Assembly: GCA_002245135.1 (NCBI GenBank)
Contig: NGBS01001215.1
Location: 1 to 37,669 of the forward strand
Direction: 5' to 3'
Source of the DNA: Proteromonas lacertae
Taxonomy: Eukaryota
Length of the DNA stretch: 37,669 bases
Positions within the stretch are counted from its first letter, which is position 1. Every line of letters starts with the position of its first letter. The notes beneath the pieces are model-generated. The model was not told the origin of the DNA and ran no database searches. It saw only the letters and a list, made by a program, of their open reading frames with translations. The position numbers and the translations under genes were made by a program. Positions 1 through 10,989 of the stretch are shown one piece after another.

Positions 1-159
1 ATTTTGGTCTTTTGATACAGCAGCCTTATCTTCTAAATAAATTGTCTTACAAATTTTTCTGATTTTAGGATTAGAGATACTATCAATATCTCTCTCATAA
101 TCACTATCTGTATCACTATCACTATCAGATACGTAAACAATTTGATGTAAGTGAGACAT
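1..159 (-). CDS. 5' end of a possible gene running off the window (MSHLHQIVYVSDSDSDTDSDYERDID...)
   Basis: ATG at 159 and an acidic Ser/Asp-rich frame; the in-frame TAA overlaps a possible GTAAGA donor, so the splice model is unresolved. Confidence 0.3.
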   Translation of the reverse strand, partial: MSHLHQIVYVSDSDSDTDSDYERDIDSISNPKIRKICKTIYLEDKAAVSKDQN

Positions 160-360
160 GTTAATAAAGCAAAAAATATTTTATGCTGAAAAGTTCAGGA
201 AAATGTCGAATGAATTCAAGATGCAATTTTTATATTGTTAAAATAAAATTGATTTATTTGATGATTTATCATTCATTTGATAAATTCTTGATGTTTTTGA
301 TGATTTATGCATCAAATATTATAAAAAAATAAATACATAATAATGATCGAATAGATCTAA

Positions 361-376
361 CTAGGGTTAGGGTTAG
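361..376 (+). repeat. short telomere-like repeat CTAGGGTTAGGGTTAG (~2.5 TTAGGG units)
   Basis: Read directly from the sequence. Confidence 0.6.
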
Positions 377-746
377 TGACTTATAGATGTAGCGACCTGT
401 TCTACCCCGGGGCTTTGCTACTGTAGAGAAAAACTATAGATTTGTACAGCTATACTGATTATGATGTAGAACTTTTCCGCAAAATTATTAAACATTACTG
501 GATATTCTGGATATGGGAACACTAAAATATCCTGTTTATTCATATCCTCTATAATATATTCCATGGTTTTTCTTATCCTCTATTATATATAAATTATGTG
601 CAAAGGAAGCTGAGTTCAATTAGAGCTCTGTATATTTAATATTTTTATTTGGGGGGTGTTTAAAAATTATCAATAGAGTTTTGCTCCTTTTTTTAATTGT
701 TTTTATCTCATTAACCTGTATATCAAGACGAATTTAATAATTATAA

Positions 747-1062
747 ATGGATTATGCCTTTGATGTTTCTAGTGAAAATAATCTAGAAAAGGAAGAAGAA
801 ATGCTACAACCTTGGAAGATCGATAGAGCAAAAATAGATGTATAATATAGATTATAATGTGTAGAAAATACGTGAGATAATTCAAATAAAACATTCATTT
901 TATTGTAATAATAAAAATTGCTCATTTCGCTTCTGTTCTGTACAAAAAAAGAAAATAGTCCATTTTAATAATGAAAAATGTATCATAAAAGGAATAAAAT
1001 GTAATGATTGTGAAACTGTATATAATTGTTTAAAAGAAGCAAAGGTTAAAGTAGATATATAA
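747..1062 (+). CDS. small TAZ-type zinc-finger-like protein, 96 aa, 2 exons (747-839, 865-1062)
   Basis: A 25-nt GT-AG intron (840-864) joins the frames; exon 2 encodes HSFYCNNKNCSFRFC..H..C..C..C, which resembles TAZ spacing. Missed by the ORF track. Confidence 0.6.
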
Positions 1063-1085
1063 TAACAATTTAATTATTTATAATA

Positions 1086-1735
1086 TTAATTGTTACTGTC
1101 ATCATCACATAATTTCAAATTCAAAAATTTATCAATATCTTTTAAATGTTTCTTGAAATAGCTGTTCTTTTTCCTTTCCTTACATTTTTCACATGTTCTA
1201 TATGGTCTTCCATCACTTTTTACATCTTTAACAACATTCTTATTACATGTAGAACAAATTACTTTAATTCTTTTTCTTCCTACTCTTTTAGGTTTTTGTA
1301 TTGGTTTGATCACTTCATTATTCATGCAATTACTTCTAAAAAATTGTTTATTCTTAAAATAAGTCAAATTAATTCTTCTTCTCACTACATTGCCAGTCCT
1401 TTCAATACAAACTGATGGATTTTGTGCTATTTCATCACCATTAATATCACCAAATCTTGTAGATATAATATTGCTACTCCTGTCTTCAGTAATTTCATTT
1501 TCTTTGTTTGAATCATCATTGGAATCAGAATTATTTGATAAATTATCATTAGATGCATTGTAATATGTATTTAAAAACGTATTTTCATGATATATTACAG
1601 GCGACGATGGAATATCTATATCTACTTCAATGTTTTCAATGGAATCTCTTTTAATCTCTTGTAAAACTGTATTGGTGTTTTCAATACTAATTGCTGGGAT
1701 TTTGAAGCTATCTGTGTCTCTACACTATTCAACAT
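1086..1735 (-). CDS. acidic N-terminal region plus C-terminal C4 zinc-ribbon/basic region; frame-disrupted or splicing unresolved
   Basis: ORF 1086-1385 has CSTC-x17-CEKC and basic clusters; an upstream acidic open frame (~1400-1715) lacks an in-frame ATG. Confidence 0.35.
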
Positions 1736-2439
1736 TCAAATTTTTCAAATTTTTATTTTTTCATTCTTATTTCCTATACATCATTATTAATTATATATAC
1801 ATACATTAAATTGAAACTCTTCGGATGGTATTATAATATGCCTAGTAGGAACTACTCATTCTATACAGCAGATTAATCATATCCTTTACAACAAAATAAT
1901 TTACAATGATTTTTATCAGCAATTGTTTATATCATCTACATGCACCAGAATATATGGTTATATTGTGGAATATATTCGACATTGTATACATCATCACACT
2001 GCATATCAAATATACGATTGCAAATTTAGTCAATCATCTAATCTACTCTGAATCAATATTTGCCAACAATAATCCTACTAATATAACTACTCTAGCATAT
2101 ATTCTTTAATGACCTCTATTACTCTAATATTATACTCCAAGTGGATATAATGTCTTTTAATCGTTATATTCATATAACAATATCAGCAGTACTACAAATA
2201 TAGTGTAATACACCTTCTTAGGGTAATTTTGATAATGAAACTAATATTTTAGATGTGCAAAAGTATATTTGCACATCACAAGGCCTTTATATCAGCTATT
2301 TAAGTGATAAAATTCAAAAATCTATTTCAAGCAAAACTTGAGTATGTTAAAAACTATTTTGAAAAATTGTGTAAAAAAACATATTCAAATGGTTGAATAT
2401 ATATATATACTTTAAATATCATTCATATAAAAATAAGTG

Positions 2440-3304
2440 TTATTTATTCATTATAAAATCTATTACATATTTTATCAAATCTTCTTTATTTCTATCAACA
2501 CCATGATTAGTTCCTTTCAACAAATAGCAATAGCCATTTTCTACACTCTTTGCCATTCTTTCAATTAATTCAACTTTATTAACATACTCAGGAATACATT
2601 CATCATTTTCACTTTCAATAAAACTTACTTTTATACTCTTCGGTATATGTTTAAAAATATTCTTAAAATCTTCATCTGAATAATCACTTGAAAACATATC
2701 ATCATCTCCATACTTTGAGTTTAATGAATAATATCGATAAGCAGTGATTGGAACAAAATAACATTCCTTTGGCATTATTTTATTGAGTTCTTTTTTATCA
2801 ATATATTCTTTGGCTATTTTTAAATATTTTTCTATCTCTTCTATACTACTATCCATTAATGCTGATTCTCTGTCACTAGCAGGACCTTGTAGAAAGCAAC
2901 AACCAATTAAATTGGAGTATTTTGTAACAGATAAATATTTAACTATATCTTGACAACCTGTGGAATGACCTAACAAATGAATTTTTTCGATTTTGTAATG
3001 GTTTAATAAATATGTTACTAACATTTCTATTTCTTCTGCATCTCTATTTAAGAATGAATAATTAAAATAATATTATATACTGTTGCAAAGAAGAATTACC
3101 AAATTGAGAATATGATGAAGACATGATGAATTGCACAGTACAAATACCTTGTTCAAGTAATGCTTTTGATAACGGAATCCAATAATCACAAGTCATTAAA
3201 CCACCAAACATTCCTCCTATCAAAAGCATCACTGTATTAGTATCTCCATATTTAAATGCTGCATGTTTGAATTCATCATTATAAACAAATAATTCGCCTT
3301 GCAT
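2440..3304 (-). CDS. DUF1749/UPF0613 alpha/beta hydrolase (SidJ-like esterase family), 2 exons
   Basis: LLIGGM.GG, SSSYSQFGNSSLQQD, nucleophile elbow GHSTGCQD, GPASDRE, DDDMFSSD, catalytic His in GTNH; 37-nt intron at 3044-3080. Confidence 0.88.
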
Positions 3305-3373
3305 CAAGAATTCCGAAAACAAAAAAATATATTTCCGAAAAGAATTTTGATAAACCCAAAACATTAAAAAAGT

Positions 3374-3599
3374 CTATAAAAATGTATTCCATATAGAATT
3401 TGGATTAATTATCTTAGATTTTGGTTCTTCAGTTAAATTATTATCATTTCCTACAACTAAATTATCATCAATAACAAAATGAGTATTATTATTACAAATT
3501 TGTTGATTAGATGATGATCCATCACTTACTAATTGCAATAGAGGCATTAGTCAAAGTACTATCTTCATTTATATTCACTGTTGGCTTTTCCACACTCAT
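3374..3599 (-). CDS. possible small (~64 aa) hypothetical protein, 2 exons
   Basis: ATG at 3599; a 31-nt GT-AG intron with a TGACTAAT branch-like site restores the frame to TAG at 3374. Confidence 0.3.
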
Positions 3600-3697
3600 A
3601 TTTATGTTATTTAACCTTAATCTTTCTAGGAAAATTGCCAGACATTGTTGTTTAGTAACTCTCTTAGTTACTCAATAAAATTCAATTAGCAACACCA

Positions 3698-4015
3698 CTG
3701 GGTTTGACAAAGGGCGTATTTTTTTGAGCTGAAAATAAGCCTGCTTATTTCTGCTCGGGGATAATAATTTAAGACAAGTAGTTATCATCTAGATATACTA
3801 ACATATATTTAATAGGATATATTATTGTATATTATAACAAAATACTCATCTACTTTTCTTATACTCTGATTTGAATATATAATTTCTATGCTAAATAATT
3901 ATGTATATTACAAATACATCATCTAGATATAATAACATACTAAGATTTCAAAGGTGATGTTGGTTTAAGTGATGAAAGTCCCACCCCTGCCCAGTCCCTT
4001 TATTATTCAACCCAG
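3698..4015. mobile_element. 318-bp non-autonomous DNA transposon (MITE) with 8-bp TSD, hAT-like
   Basis: Direct repeats CAACACCA at 3690-3697 and 4016-4023; imperfect TIRs CTGGGTTTGACAAAGGG ... CCCTTTATTATTCAACCCAG; internal direct repeat ATCATCTAGATATA(C/A)TAACATA; no ORF. Confidence 0.72.
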
Positions 4016-5692
4016 CAACACCATAACATAAAATCAAAATTTAAAACAATTTTAGGCTTGATTTGACATTTTTAAAGAAATTTCTAGATATTGGGTATTT
4101 AAAAAATTCAAACTAGAGCATTTTAGCATTATTACAACAATATAATGTATATATAGTATTATTAAAATGAAAAAAAATCTAAAAACTTATCAATTATTCC
4201 TTTTCATTTGGCAGTGGTGCTGATCCTTTTAAATTTAATTCATACCCTGAATGATTTATCTTCTGAGATCTGTTCACATAATACTTAAAAGATCGAGGAA
4301 TATTATCTGGAGTAATATACCAATCAAGATGATGAGAGATATAAGGAGCTAATGTTCTATAATGATTCCCTTTAAATCTTTTAAGTTTATTATCTCTTCT
4401 CCTCATTGCTATTGTTGTATCAATTAGTGAATTTACAATAGTAAAAATAATTACCATCAAACAATATATCCACATGATTCTTTAAAAAAAATCTTTTTTC
4501 CCAATCATAAACTTTCTCTTTATTGATGGTAAATCACTTATCATCAAAGCAGGTCCAATAACATCTACATCATTACAATTTTTAAGAACAGTTGCATAAA
4601 ACTGTATTATATTCATTGGTACATTATTCAATACACAGTCGATATCACCAAAAATATAATATTTACATTGTTTATTTTCATCTAAATAATCATCAATAAT
4701 ATGAGGAATTTCATGTCTAATTATTTCATCAAATGTGTTTGACTTTAAATATATAATTTTAATATTATATCTTTCCAACTCTTTATACACTGACTTCATA
4801 CTACCAATTGATGATTTGTGATCTAATATTATTATGTTTAGTTTATTATATTTTCTAAGCTTCATCCAATAAAACACTGAATATTTAACTGCATATAATC
4901 TGTCTTTGCTTAGTAAAAAAACTGGAATTTCTAAGTCTGTCTCTTTTAATATCGGATAATTACATTTAGGATTGTCATAAATACTATTTAAACGACTATT
5001 CTCAAAATACTGAACAGTCTCATTTATTCTAAGTGAATCAATACCATCACCATAATATATATTTTTCAAATAAAACACTACCACTATCAACACAATACAT
5101 ATTGGAATAATGAATAGTTTCATTTATTTTTTCAAGTCAAGCTTTTATAAATGTCATATATATTTATCTTCATATTGCTTGTAATATTGATTTCTATTTC
5201 AATATTAATAATATTAAGCTGTGATACCGCTAACGATACTAATGATATATGTAATTCTTTAACTGTGTATAATATGTGGTGTATATCTTCTTACAATCAA
5301 ACATATTATGAATATATGGGAGGTGGCATTGGAAATAGAATTAAAGGTGTAGTTGAATTATTATTATTGTCATTTTCAAATAGTCATTATCCGAAAGGTA
5401 TAATGTAAATAATTTTTTATTTTTAGTAATAAATTGGAATGAATTTGATATTTTTTTTGATTTACCATTTAAAAATACTTTAGATAGTAGATATCATATT
5501 TGTGTAAGGAGTGACTTATGTCAGATGTCAACAGAAGAGTTAGATCTATTTTGAATAAAAATAACGAATATGAGTGTTTATATAATATATGGTGTGATTT
5601 ATCTTACCATCTAGCAACATTGAATAGATTCAACAGAAAATTACATTCACTTGGTATTATATCGAACAGTGCAGAAACAAATCCAAGAAAAT
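4014..5692. repeat. left copy of ~1.68-kb inverted segmental duplication (partner 15764-17445)
   Basis: Reverse-complement identity throughout, with identical ORF translations; the only differences seen are 1-nt indels in A/T runs. Confidence 0.97.
4162..5123 (-). pseudogene. frameshifted copy of the GT-A-like glycosyltransferase at 16334-17296
   Basis: Identical to 16334-17296 except 1-nt indels near 4525, 4445 and 4203; could be consensus errors. Confidence 0.75.
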
Positions 5693-6264
5693 TACAGTTA
5701 GAAATGCAATATAATATATTGAAGAATGTGTTAAAATTAAAACAGAAATATCAAAGATTATCTAAGTATTATTACTTTAAACTAAAGCAATATCAAAAAG
5801 TGATTGGTATTCATATAAGAACAGGAAGTGGAGATTTTAAAGATTCTCGTAGTTTTTTAACAGAAGATGAATTAAGTGAATTTATTTCTGCTTCTTTAGA
5901 ACAAACAGCAAGCAGTAATTCAGTTAAGTGGATTTTATTGAGCGATAATAGTAAATTATTGAATCAAATTACATCCAATTATTCTAATTATGTATTAAAC
6001 ATATCAAGGAATAGAAAAACATATCACTATCGTAAAAATAAAAGGGATGATTCTTCCTTTAGAGAAATATTGCTGTTATCTCATAGTCATTATTTTATAA
6101 TTACAAATCAAAGTACATTTGGCTTAGTAGCTTTATTATGGAGTGGTAAATGTATCAATGTTTCAAAATATAGTGATTGCGTAAAAGTAATAGGTAAAGG
6201 AGTAAAAAAACATAAATATCCTGTGTTTGATGGAAATATAGAATTAATTAAATCATATTTATAG
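5151..6264 (+). CDS. type II membrane GDP-fucose-dependent fucosyltransferase-like protein (GT11/GT23/GT37-type motifs)
   Basis: Signal anchor; GGGIGNRI, VIGIHIRTG, ILLSD, and LLSHSHYFIITNQSTFG motifs; intron 5398-5426 plus a probable second short intron ending at AG 5523-5524. Confidence 0.75.
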
Positions 6265-6387
6265 TTGTGCATCTCTTATATTTTGAAAAAATGACAAACG
6301 CGATCTGAGTCAAGTATACTTATTCCTATTTAACATTCAAACCTACTCAATCATATATTCTTATAGTGTAGTTTTGAAATATAAACT

Positions 6388-7398
6388 ATGAATGTCTATA
6401 TTATATGTATTTTACTTTGTGTTATTATATTTATCTACATTTTTTTAAAACTGACATATACAGATTTAAGTAAAATTAGGTATAATGGTGATGTAATTGA
6501 AAATGTGGGAACTAAACTGCAATTTATTTCATATACATCATCTAGATTAGAAAAGGAATGGATGTATATTTTAAAAAATAATGAACATGATTATTATAAG
6601 AAATATTGTGAATTGTTAGAACCTTTTAGTAGGCGATTAGAAATTCTTCAAGATGACATATTCAAATGTAAGAAGCATTCATTTAAAAAGTGTGAAGGAG
6701 AAGATCTGTCTTTTTTTTTATATCGATATGAAAAAGGTACAATGTTGAAAGAATATATTGAACCGTTATTTGGTATACTGAGAAATACATTTTCTGTTTG
6801 TAATAAAGGATCAAAAGGTGATGTACTATCAAAAGACTACTTATTGCCTTCATATCTTTATGCTGTTCAAAATCCAATAGTTTATATTGATGCAGGAGCT
6901 TCAACATTTAATGAAGGAGGAGGGGGAGCAAGTCAAAGTTATTTTTATGAATTTTATAAAAAATATCCTAATTTGAAATATAAAAGATGGTTTTTATGGG
7001 AAGTTAAACAACAGTATTTTTTAGAGAAATGGAAATCAAATAGAGAAATACCTAAAGATATTTTAAATATATATCATTATTATAATAGACCAATAAATGT
7101 AGATAATGATATATCAATCGATAATCCATTAAGATATATCAAAGAATACCAAAATACATCATATGTAATTTTCAAGATTGATATTGACACTCCATCAGTT
7201 GAGCTTCCTATATTTAACCATCTACTTGAATATAATGACGTGTTACCTGATGAGTTTTATTTTGAATATCATTTTTATGAACCTTTTATGAAAAAATGGT
7301 GGGGAAAAACAGTAGATAGAAATTGTAGTTTATATTGTGCAACTGAGAAATTTCTTCATTTAAGGAAGAAGGGAATCAGATCTCATGCATGGGTTTGA
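6388..7398 (+). CDS. type II membrane FkbM-like SAM-dependent methyltransferase-fold protein
   Basis: Intronless 336-aa ORF; signal anchor; VYIDAGAS, FKIDIDT...E, EFYFEYH, LRKKGIRSHAW. Confidence 0.65.
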   Translation: MNVYIICILLCVIIFIYIFLKLTYTDLSKIRYNGDVIENVGTKLQFISYTSSRLEKEWMYILKNNEHDYYKKYCELLEPFSRRLEILQDDIFKCKKHSFKKCEGEDLSFFLYRYEKGTMLKEYIEPLFGILRNTFSVCNKGSKGDVLSKDYLLPSYLYAVQNPIVYIDAGASTFNEGGGGASQSYFYEFYKKYPNLKYKRWFLWEVKQQYFLEKWKSNREIPKDILNIYHYYNRPINVDNDISIDNPLRYIKEYQNTSYVIFKIDIDTPSVELPIFNHLLEYNDVLPDEFYFEYHFYEPFMKKWWGKTVDRNCSLYCATEKFLHLRKKGIRSHAWV

Positions 7399-7456
7399 AT
7401 TAATAACATATAAATTTGTTTTACTACAGTGTTTTTAATAATTATAAGTTTCACCA

Positions 7457-8005
7457 TTATTCATCTTTTAAATCCATTATATATAATGTGTCTAAACTAT
7501 CAACTATTGTCATTCCGATTCCACCCCAGTTGTTTCGACCTTTACAACTGATTGGTTGAACTTCATCATATCCAAATGCACATTTTTCATATCCATTCCA
7601 AAAATATTTCATTGAATTTTTCACATGTTCAGCCATTATTTGACTTTGTTCTTTTATTGATTCTTTCTCAGATTCTACTATTTTTGTTTTGTAAAATCCA
7701 TGGGTTAAGTTATTCAAACTAAAATCAGTTTCTGTGAAGGATAATTTTTCAGGAGGATGTGATAGGTTTAACTTTAATGACTCTTGTTGCGATTGCTGAT
7801 ATAATAGCTTATTACCTCCTCTATTTTTTAATGCTTTTTCATTTCTAAAAAAAAATATATCTATATCTATACTCTTGAACTATAAATGATGTTGTTTTCA
7901 CTACATAGATCCACATAAAACAAATTGACAATATCATTGAATAACATAATAATCCTTTAATTGAACCTATAAGCATGATTATAGTTGTTAAATACATAAT
8001 GACAT
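7457..8005 (-). pseudogene. 3'-truncated GH47 alpha-1,2-mannosidase (class I)
   Basis: ATG at 8005, two clean introns, signal anchor, then MKYFWNGYEKCAFGYDEVQP...GMTIVDSLDTLYIM (GH47 N-terminus); stops after DLKDE with no room for the rest of the barrel. Confidence 0.85.
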
Positions 8006-8035
8006 TTTATTTGAGACACAAAATCAAATAATTTA

Positions 8036-8102
8036 GGCAATGGTCCAAATTTAGAGCTTTAGCTCAAGGTCATAAAAATTAATTCGTTACAAAATTGAAA
8101 CG
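8036..8102 (+). repeat. left TIR of Harbinger element
   Basis: Reverse complement of 10923-10989 at 65/67 positions. Confidence 0.95.
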
Positions 8103-8347
8103 TATTTTTTTTAATGAGCTAAAATATTTATGGTCCAAATTCTATTCAGGCTCATACACTTTTTTTGTATATATAATAACAGAAATTCAGTTAACCATAC
8201 AAATTTATACCATAGATATAGTTATTAAAGTCAAATTTAGTAAGATTAGAATAATATTTGAAATAATGCCATTCAACTTCAATTTGATATAATACTTTAT
8301 ATATAGTTATTATAATAACCTTCTTTGTTCAATACTTGTGAGAAATT

Positions 8348-9412
8348 TTAAACATTTGCTGATTGAACAGCATCAATAACTTTACCATCTTTGAGTGTTT
8401 TTTTAACTTTATATTCATTTATATACATTTTTACTCTATCTCTCATAGAATTCTGATCATTATATCCAATAATTGTTGAAAGTTCACCTATTTTACCAGT
8501 TTTCCCTTCATATATATTACACATTTGATGTAAACATACGCATGCATAGAAGTATTCAATTACATCAAATGCATCCCTTCTATGAGGATAACCTCCAATA
8601 GAAGCACACCTTCTCTTCAATAAACCGTTAACATCTTCAATTGCCATCCTGTAGTGTGAGTGCCAGTGGTTGTATGTAATCATTTCATCAGTTATATCTA
8701 CAGAAAACCTATAAGGAGTGATAATTCGATCCATATTAGAATATGCAGCATCTGCAAGAATATAGCAGTCTTTTCTCAATATAGTATTTATATTTTTATA
8801 TAGATTTGTGCTCTTAAAGCATGAACTATCATGTGCTCTTGAACTATAATTACAATAACTATAGACTATATTTCGGTTTTCATCACAAATTATCTGTGCA
8901 TTTAATCCTTGATAATACTTACGATAAAAAAACCTCAAACCATGAGATCGCTGGGGTAGTTTTTCAATGATTGTTCCATCTAATGCAAATACAGCGCCAG
9001 GCAATCCTTCAAAACTGTATTGGTGTTGATGATCAGGAAATACCACAATATCATTATATTTGTTAATTAAGGATTCAATTACAACTGAAACCCAACGCAG
9101 ATAACTTGTTTTAGGAATTTTAAACAATTGGGAGTTAGTAGAAATACTTCCTTTTTGAAGTAAATATATTAATCCTGCTGCAATTCCATAGTTTACTGAT
9201 ATTCTATATTTGTATTTTCTTTTAAACATTATATCAATAACATGATCTTTAAGAGTGGAACATACATTATTGAAGGTTGATGCATCCATATGCATCAACC
9301 TTCGAAATCCTTCATCATCTTCCTCAAGTAGATCTTCAAACCATGATTCATCAACAAGTGATATTGGATGTTCACAACCATAATTACTTAAAAAATGATA
9401 TAAACTAAACAT
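8348..9412 (-). CDS. Harbinger/HARBI1-type DDE transposase (DDE_Tnp_4)
   Basis: FRRLMHM, FALDGT (D), NAQIICD, AHDS, LADAAY (D), YNHWHSHYRMAIEDVNGLLKRR (E), ACVCLHQ. Confidence 0.93.
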   Translation of the reverse strand: MFSLYHFLSNYGCEHPISLVDESWFEDLLEEDDEGFRRLMHMDASTFNNVCSTLKDHVIDIMFKRKYKYRISVNYGIAAGLIYLLQKGSISTNSQLFKIPKTSYLRWVSVVIESLINKYNDIVVFPDHQHQYSFEGLPGAVFALDGTIIEKLPQRSHGLRFFYRKYYQGLNAQIICDENRNIVYSYCNYSSRAHDSSCFKSTNLYKNINTILRKDCYILADAAYSNMDRIITPYRFSVDITDEMITYNHWHSHYRMAIEDVNGLLKRRCASIGGYPHRRDAFDVIEYFYACVCLHQMCNIYEGKTGKIGELSTIIGYNDQNSMRDRVKMYINEYKVKKTLKDGKVIDAVQSANV

Positions 9413-9923
9413 ATCTAATAAATGTTAGTGAATAATTTTTAGAGTAAGTTTATTACTTATTTATCTCTTTGTTCAAGATATTATTCTAGTAATAGATATA
9501 TTCTATATGAATAATATTTATCTATTGATTTATATACTGTAAAAATATCTATCTATAAATTATATCATAAATATCAATAAAAAATAATGATACAGTAGTT
9601 TTGATTATAAATCAAAAATATATAACTATTCTATTTTATTTCTAACTTTCACCAGTTAATATTGATATTTAAAGGATGCATGACTATTTTTAGTTAAAGT
9701 ATGCATATTATAAATACAAATGTGTATTTTTATAAATTAATATTGATACTACTTCTCTATATCACTCATAAATAAAGAAAAAATAGAAAAACACTTCAAG
9801 CTTCAGTTTGTTAAGAGATTTAATATTTTTAATTTATGAATGTTAAAGTGTAAATATAGCATAAATTTAATATAAAACGTTAACCATGAAGTAAATAACA
9901 CCCAAAAATCAATATTAGAACAT

Positions 9924-10593
9924 CTACTTTTTAGCATTTTCTTTTAATATCTCAACTAAATCCTTTATACTCTTTGCTATATCAGTTAATATTTTTCTAT
10001 CTTCATCTGCTTGTTGTTTAATTTCTTCATATAGTTTCTTTTTAGATTTCTTAGACTTGGTTTTTCTTTCCTTTCTTTTCTTTTTTACACTTCCTATCAT
10101 ATCCTCTGAATCTATAATTGGAGCAGCAGAACTATTTGAAAAAAGTTCAGCTATTTTATCATAATGTAAAGGACGATCTGGTGTTTCACCACCGGATGGT
10201 ATACAGGTGAAATGTTGATATATGCCTTTCAATTTTTTATACTTTTCTTGTACTGAACGTTCAGTTCTGTAGTTATGAAATGATTTATTCAGTATATCAG
10301 TTAATTCAATCCAAGAAATTTTTTGGAAATAATTATTTATGTTTGCTTGACCCTTGAGTATATTGTTATCAAGATTGATCTTCTCCTTATGTTGAATTAG
10401 AAGGTCTATGAGAAAAGACTCTTCTTCTATTGTCCATTTTATCCTTTTTTCTTGAAATTGAGTGAGAGATAGATCTGGAAGTTTTTCTTCTTCTTCTATA
10501 TAAGAATGTTCATCTTCTCTTAAAGGGGATATATCTTCAAATTGGTCTATCAGATATTAGTCATATTATAGGAATACAATTACTACTACTCAT
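9924..10593 (-). CDS. Harbinger Myb/SANT-like DNA-binding protein, ~212 aa, 2 exons (10578-10593, 9924-10546)
   Basis: RIKWTIEEESFLIDLL...SWIELTDILN...RTERSVQEKYKKLK; basic NLS and C-terminal coil; 31-nt intron 10547-10577. Confidence 0.85.
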
Positions 10594-10922
10594 TTTCCTT
10601 TTAAATTGAAAGATAAAAAGATATGATAGAAACTCAATTCTTTAGAATTACTATTTAAGTAGTCAGTTCAGAATTATTAAAACATCAAGTCAGCGCTATA
10701 TTCAAATAAGTACACAGTACATTAAATCATTAGATAGGAGTATGAAAATTTAACTAATTAGCATCATAAAAATACTAATTTATATAATAAATGGTTATAA
10801 AATTAGTAATAAAAACTCCTCATATTATGATATATTTTGATAGTCATTTAAAATGCTGAATTTCTAGAAACGGCTAAATTTCTTATGAGCCTGTTGTTTT
10901 TGAAGCTTATTGAAATTTATAT

Positions 10923-10989
10923 CGTTACAATTTTGTAACGAATTAATTTTTATGAGCTTGAGCTAAAGCTCTAAATTTGGACCATTGCC
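10923..10989 (-). repeat. right TIR of Harbinger element
   Basis: Ends ...GGACCATTGCC; inner end contains the hairpin TCGTTACAA-TT-TTGTAACGA. Confidence 0.95.

Larger units (their letters stand above)
8036..10989 (-). mobile_element. autonomous-looking PIF/Harbinger (PHIS) DNA transposon, 2954 bp
   Basis: 67-bp TIRs (8036-8102, 10923-10989; 2 mismatches) starting GGCAATGGTCCAAAT; encodes a DDE transposase and a Myb/SANT protein. Confidence 0.95.

Noticed and set aside
255..312. Repeated TTGATGATTTAT as snoRNA C boxes
   Set aside because: No suitably placed D box with a terminal stem was found.
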